Positions 27,804 to 32,000 of a stretch of DNA of 32,000 nt are shown in pieces. The notes beneath the pieces are model-generated. The model saw nothing but the letters and a program-made list of their open reading frames with translations, was not told the DNA's origin and did no database searches. Within the stretch, counting starts at the first letter, position 1, and every line of letters starts with the position of its first letter. This DNA is from Flavobacterium agricola (GTDB lineage Bacteria > Bacteroidota > Bacteroidia > Flavobacteriales > Flavobacteriaceae): contig NZ_CP081495.1 of the NCBI RefSeq assembly GCF_025919725.1, positions 391,166 to 423,165 on the forward strand. The letters run 5' to 3'. Position numbers and translations under genes: made by a program.

Positions 27804-28655
27804 CTAAATAAATAAATAAATAAATGTATTTGCTGAAAGATACTCATCTTCTGTATTTACACTAATAGGAGTGCCTGAGCCGCCGGTTGAAACAGAAAAC
27901 GTATGTGTATGAGCTCCAGCGCTATTAATTGTAAATGCAGAGTTAACTAGGCTAGTAGTTGCCCAAGTTTGCCCACCAGATGAAAATCCTGAAGAATTCA
28001 CAGCTCCAGTAGTATAATTATTGTTAGTTGTAGTGTGTGTATGAGCACCGTTAGAACTTGTAGTACCTGACATGGTAAAATTAGGAATATTTGCTCTGGT
28101 TATACTTATAGATTTCGCAGTACTATTGCCTCCTACTGTATTTACTTCTTTACTACTAACTTGTTTAATTACTCTTCCGTTAGCGTTTGGTAAATTAGTT
28201 GTAAAACCAAGTAAGTTGGCATTGTTTTTTGATACATTAGTTAAAGTACTTATTTGGCGTCCATCAAGCAAATACCAACCGTCGTGATCTATTTTTAAAG
28301 CACTATATTTAATGTCACCTAAATTAAATTTAGAACTTGTTTGTGTTAGTTTTTGCCAAACATTTCCATCAAAAAAATAATAGCCATTTTCGTTAATATG
28401 AATTGCTTTTCCTATTTGTTCTCCACTTAGAGCATCAGATACATAAACTAATGTTGATGTACTAATATTTTCCATATTTTGTGCTCTTTCTCTATCTACT
28501 CTAGGAATTAAAATACCATCAACTTGACTGCTTGATCCAGTTGGATTTATTGCTTGAATATCTAAAGTTGCTTTTGGGGTTGTAGTTACTATACCCACCT
28601 GAGAATACGTTGTTAAACTAAATAAGCAACAACATAAAATAATCATTTTTTTCAT
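27804..28655 (-). CDS. Phage tail-collar-like / tail-fibre-like secreted protein
   Basis: Signal peptide; N-terminal 'TTPKATLDIQAINPTGSSSQVDGILIPRV'; 'GDIKYSALKIDHDGWYLLDGRQ' collar-type segment; Gly/Ser/Thr/His-rich 'SNGAHTHTT...GAHTHTFS'; C-terminal 'YLSANTFIYL' typical of collar-domain proteins. Confidence 0.75.
   Translation of the reverse strand: MKKMIILCCCLFSLTTYSQVGIVTTTPKATLDIQAINPTGSSSQVDGILIPRVDRERAQNMENISTSTLVYVSDALSGEQIGKAIHINENGYYFFDGNVWQKLTQTSSKFNLGDIKYSALKIDHDGWYLLDGRQISTLTNVSKNNANLLGFTTNLPNANGRVIKQVSSKEVNTVGGNSTAKSISITRANIPNFTMSGTTSSNGAHTHTTTNNNYTTGAVNSSGFSSGGQTWATTSLVNSAFTINSAGAHTHTFSVSTGGSGTPISVNTEDEYLSANTFIYLFI
27806..27825. repeat. Tetranucleotide microsatellite (AAAT)5 within the 3' end of the tail-collar-like gene
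   Basis: Five perfect AAAT units, reading as 'TFIYLFI' C-terminal codons on the minus strand. Confidence 0.95.
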
Positions 28656-28803
28656 AAAATCATTTTTTTATGTACAACGGCATTTCGTTTTTTTTATTAT
28701 GTTATATGCTGTATTGTTTTTTTAAGTTTTTTTTAAATATTTATTAAATAAATAACGTTTTTTGAATTTTGTTAGGATTACTTTTTTACCAGCTATAAGA
28801 AAA

Positions 28804-28918
28804 TGTCCGCATTACAACAAGCGGAATTAAAGAATCTCACCCTCATGATGTTACTATAACAAAAGAAGCACCAAATTATTCAAGATAATAAAAAAGCTAC
28901 CCAAGGGTAGCTTTTTTT
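28804..28918 (+). repeat. Direct repeat copy 2: orphan guaB 3' end plus terminator
   Basis: Still reads [27 protein letters not shown] then AAAAAAGCTACCCAAGGGTAGCTTTTTTT; 111/115 identical to copy 1. Confidence 0.97.
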
Positions 28919-29802
28919 AATTTCTTTCTGTTTTTGTAGGCATCTCCAATTATATTTAAGGTTACACCCAATATAATACAACTAATTCCTAAAGCTAGGT
29001 TTAACGAGAAAAATTCATCAAACAACAATACGCTAATGCTAACGGCAACAACCGGCTCAAAAGCCCCTAAAATAGATGTTGCGGTAGAACCAATATATTT
29101 AATAGCAAAAACAAGAGCTAAGCTAGAAATTACAGTAGTAACTAAAGCAAATAAAGCCAAGTTTAAACCTAAAGAAAATGTTGGAATTTCAAAGTTTTTA
29201 TTGCTGTCGGTTAGTAATTTTACGGCATAATATACGCTTGTAAATAAAAAAGAATAAAAGGTTAAAACCAATCCGTTTAAGTTTTTTACGTTTGATTTAC
29301 TTACCGTAACAATGTACAACGCATAACCTAAAGCGCTTATAAAAATAATAAATAAGCCAATGCCATTTATGGCAAACTTACCATTTTGTAAACTAAGTAA
29401 AAGTACGCCAATAAGTGTAAAAACAATGGCAAATATTGAAGTGCTGTTTAATTTTTCTTTAAAAACCAAAGCCATTATTATAGCAACCAATAACGGATAA
29501 ATAAATAATAAGGTTGATGCAACCCCTGCATTTAAATAATCGTAAGCTAAAAATAACGAATCTGATGATATGCCGTAAAACATACCTAACACAGCCAAAG
29601 TTAAAATTTGGTTTCGTTCAATATTAAACGATTTTTGTTTCAATAACAAATAACTTCCTAGTAAAAGTGCAGCAAAAGCAAACCGATAAAATAACGTGGT
29701 ATCAATACCAAACCCCGCTTTTTTTATAGGTAAAACAAAAAGCGGAATTAATCCGTACGAAACGGAAGATAATAGCCCTAAAAAATAACCTTTAAACCTC
29801 AT
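28897..29802 (-). CDS. EamA/DMT-family transporter
   Basis: Ten hydrophobic segments; 'KKAGFGIDTTLFYRFAFAALLLG', 'STATSILGAFEPVVAVSISVLLFDEFFSLNLALGISCIILGVTL'. The final codons overlap repeat copy 2. Confidence 0.92.
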   Translation of the reverse strand: MRFKGYFLGLLSSVSYGLIPLFVLPIKKAGFGIDTTLFYRFAFAALLLGSYLLLKQKSFNIERNQILTLAVLGMFYGISSDSLFLAYDYLNAGVASTLLFIYPLLVAIIMALVFKEKLNSTSIFAIVFTLIGVLLLSLQNGKFAINGIGLFIIFISALGYALYIVTVSKSNVKNLNGLVLTFYSFLFTSVYYAVKLLTDSNKNFEIPTFSLGLNLALFALVTTVISSLALVFAIKYIGSTATSILGAFEPVVAVSISVLLFDEFFSLNLALGISCIILGVTLNIIGDAYKNRKKLKKATLG

Positions 29803-29955
29803 AATAATTCAATTCTAAATCAGGAACGTTTAAATTGCAATTATCATATAACGTTTAACACGATTGCTGCAATTTTTGGCAAAAGTAACTTTTATCTGTT
29901 AATAATTCGATAAATATTGATGGGATAAAACCATTCATTTTTCTAACTTTGTGAT

Positions 29956-30132
29956 ATGAAAAAATTATATTGGCCTATTTTATTTGTTGTAATGATTTGG
30001 GCGCTTATGGACCAAGCTTCAGAAAATCCGAATAAAATTTTACAAATAGTTGTAGTTGTCATATTTTTTTATGCCATGATGAAATTAATGGCTAAAACAC
30101 CTAATAATAAAAATAAAGAAAATGAATTTTGA
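29956..30132 (+). CDS. Small 58-aa membrane protein
   Basis: Not in the ORF track. MKKLYWPILFVVMIWALMDQASENPNKILQIVVVVIFFYAMMKLMAKTPNNKNKENEF*, two hydrophobic segments, overlaps the start of the Smr gene by 11 nt. Confidence 0.65.
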   Translation: MKKLYWPILFVVMIWALMDQASENPNKILQIVVVVIFFYAMMKLMAKTPNNKNKENEF

Positions 30133-30664
30133 AAAAGGAGATAAAGTTGCTGTTTTAGATGATGATATTACGGGCTTTGTAACCGGAATTAAAAAAGATA
30201 AAATAGTTGTAAATGTTGATGATTTTGAGTTGGAATTTAATACTTCAGAATTAATTAAAATTGCTGATGAACCTGCGCGTTTTTTTGCTAACGTTTCGGT
30301 GCAACAAGTTTTAGCCGAAAAAGCAGATCCAAAAAGAAAACATGTTGTAAAAGATAAAGCATCAAAAAAAGAACCTTTTTCTATTCCTTACGATTTACAT
30401 ATCGAAAAATTAGTTAAAGATTTTTCACGAATGAGCAATCATGATATTTTGACCATACAATTAGATACCGCGCGCCATCATTTAGAACATGCTATTCGAA
30501 ACAGAATTCCGCGTATTGTTTTAATTCACGGCGTAGGTGAAGGGGTTTTAAAAACCGAGCTTGATTTTATGCTAAGCCGTTATAATAATGTAACTTTTGA
30601 AGATGCTAACTATCAGAAATATGGCATCGGAGCAACACAAGTTTACATTAAACAAAATGTATAA
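30122..30664 (+). CDS. Smr-domain protein (MutS2-like C-terminal domain)
   Basis: 'YDLHIEKLVKDF...HHLEHAIRNRIPRIVLIHGVGEGVLKTEL' Smr motifs (DLH, HGxG). Confidence 0.88.
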   Translation: MNFEKGDKVAVLDDDITGFVTGIKKDKIVVNVDDFELEFNTSELIKIADEPARFFANVSVQQVLAEKADPKRKHVVKDKASKKEPFSIPYDLHIEKLVKDFSRMSNHDILTIQLDTARHHLEHAIRNRIPRIVLIHGVGEGVLKTELDFMLSRYNNVTFEDANYQKYGIGATQVYIKQNV

Positions 30665-30667
30665 ATT

Positions 30668-30706
30668 AAAAAAACACCTCAAAAAATATTTTTTGAGATG
30701 TTTTTT
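30668..30706. terminator. Probable terminator between convergent genes
   Basis: AAAAACACCTCAAAAAATATTTTTTGAGATGTTTTTT, one internal mismatch. Confidence 0.7.
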
Positions 30707-30730
30707 ATTATAAATAGGAAAAATTTGGGG

Positions 30731-32000
30731 TTAAATTTTCTGAACAAGTAAATTTGTTCCTGCTTTTAAAATTTTGCCGTTAGAACTTGCATTGTCTAAA
30801 CGCACATATAAACTATAAACATCGTATATGTTTGTAATGTTTATAATTCTTGATAAAGTGACGGTTTTTATTTCATCTTTAGAAATAGAAGTTTTTACAG
30901 AACAATCATCAACTTTGTTTGTATATTTTCCTAAAAAAAACTCTAATCTACCGTTGTTTCCTTTGGTTCCTTCTAATGTAATGGTGTACGTAACTAAGTA
31001 ATTTCCTGGTGTTTTTACTCTAAATCCATTTTCGAAAGGTTCAATACCAAGGTTTACTTTGTTTGTAAAATTTATTTTATATAAGGATGCATCATTAACT
31101 GCAAATTCATCACTTGATAAAGTAAAATCACCTATCGTTTTTTCTAAATTTTGCCATGAAGCTTTTCCGTTTGCATCAGAAGTAAGTACTTTTCCAGCAC
31201 CTTGCGATCCATCAACTATTTTAATTGTTCCTGCAACATGTAATTTTTCATCCGGTTTACTTGTACCAATTCCAATTTTAGTACTTTCCTTGTTGTTTCC
31301 AATAACGATAGCATTGTCTTGATCAGTTGTTGCATTAAAACCAATAGCTGTAGATTGATGATTGTTTGCTTGCGCATTATTTCCAATCGCTAATGAATTT
31401 AATGCTTGCGCTTTAGCTTCTTGTCCAATAGCTAATGAATTATCTCCTTTTGCGTAAGCTTTATTTCCTATGGCATATGCTTGATATCCGATTGAATTTG
31501 TTTCGTTCCCGATTGCCATACCTGAACTACCTGTTGTGCTAGAATTGTTACCAAAAACCAATGCATTATTTGCTGTAACTTGGTTTTTATTTCCTACAGC
31601 AATTGCTTGTTGTCCGCTTGCAGAAGATTCATTACCAAGTGTATAAGCATTATTGTTGCTTGCATTTGAACCTTTACCGATAGCGTACGATTGATAACCA
31701 CTTGCATTAGCTTGGTTACCAATAGCAAACGTATCGTTGCTTCTAGCTTTGGCTAAGTAGCCAATAGCGTAACTTATATAACCACTTGCTTGCGCTTCTT
31801 TACCAATGGCGTAAGATTCATTTGCACTTGTAATTGCTTTATGACCTAAAGCGTAGGAATATTGAGTTTTAGCTTGTGCTTCAGACCCAATAGCAAATGC
31901 ATGGTTGGTATTTGTTTTGGCCGCATAGCCGATAGCTACAGAATGCATTCCTTCGGTTTGAGATTCAAACCCTAAATTTATAGTGCCGTGTACTCCAAAT
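30731..32000 (-). CDS. YadA-head / trimeric-autotransporter-like surface protein, 5' end beyond window
   Basis: Many '(F/Y)AIGxxAxAxG' repeats, then 'KIGIGTSKPDEKLHVAGTIKIVDGSQGAGKVLTSDANGKASW'. The frame stays open upstream of the ORF-track Met (...GVHGTINLGFESQTEGMHSV), so the gene is truncated by the window edge. Confidence 0.85.
   Translation of the reverse strand, partial: FGVHGTINLGFESQTEGMHSVAIGYAAKTNTNHAFAIGSEAQAKTQYSYALGHKAITSANESYAIGKEAQASGYISYAIGYLAKARSNDTFAIGNQANASGYQSYAIGKGSNASNNNAYTLGNESSASGQQAIAVGNKNQVTANNALVFGNNSSTTGSSGMAIGNETNSIGYQAYAIGNKAYAKGDNSLAIGQEAKAQALNSLAIGNNAQANNHQSTAIGFNATTDQDNAIVIGNNKESTKIGIGTSKPDEKLHVAGTIKIVDGSQGAGKVLTSDANGKASWQNLEKTIGDFTLSSDEFAVNDASLYKINFTNKVNLGIEPFENGFRVKTPGNYLVTYTITLEGTKGNNGRLEFFLGKYTNKVDDCSVKTSISKDEIKTVTLSRIINITNIYDVYSLYVRLDNASSNGKILKAGTNLLVQKI
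31230..32000 (-). repeat. Protein-level ~14-aa head repeats (about 42 nt period)
   Basis: Repeating units such as SYAIGYLAKARSNDTFAIGNQANASGYQSYAIGKGSNASNN. Confidence 0.85.

Noticed and set aside
27760-27830. Simple repeats as a possible transposon end or CRISPR leader
   Set aside because: They are plain tetranucleotide microsatellites; no inverted repeats or transposase are present.
31230-31990. Regular ~42-nt periodic DNA repeats resembling a CRISPR-like array
   Set aside because: Repeats are imperfect, have no unique spacers, and are fully explained by YadA-head protein repeats in an open frame.
1-32000. Complete known defence system, retron, CRISPR-Cas, secretion system or tRNA/rRNA genes
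   Set aside because: Looked for reverse transcriptase, Cas, TIR, restriction-modification and phage structural hallmarks in the translated ORFs and for obvious tRNA-like sequence. None seen apart from the isolated NERD-helicase and tail-collar-like proteins.

Overview
This 32 kb window looks like chromosomal DNA from a Flavobacteriaceae-type Bacteroidota. The basis is low GC content, lipoprotein and Por/TonB-style envelope genes, and LytTR signalling; the taxon is inferred. Most of it is ordinary housekeeping and envelope content: an RND efflux pump with TolC-like partner, DUF3748/YidR-like and DUF2891-like proteins, a Na/Pi symporter, a TonB receptor divergent from a MocR regulator, a Fur-family regulator with a heavy-metal P-type ATPase, a LytTR response regulator with a propeller histidine kinase, beta-carbonic anhydrase, a LolD/MacB-like ATPase, pyrD, HMG-CoA lyase, guaB, an EamA transporter, an Smr-domain protein and a YadA-head-like surface protein. 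I did not find a complete, convincing new multi-gene system. The best non-routine signals are: (1) a ~115 bp direct duplication (111/115 identical) of the guaB 3' end plus terminator at 27645-27759 and 28804-28918. It brackets a tail-collar-like gene, all four substitutions fall at guaB third codon positions, and the right copy supplies the C-terminal codons and stop of the convergent EamA gene. (2) A methylguanine-DNA methyltransferase-like gene split by two reading-frame breaks. (3) A metallophosphoesterase split by one break just before GDYIDRG. (4) A NERD-nuclease/SF1-helicase fusion. (5) An 80-aa protein made of two diverged CxxC-CxxxP modules. (6) Paired tetranucleotide microsatellites at the guaB/tail-collar junction.
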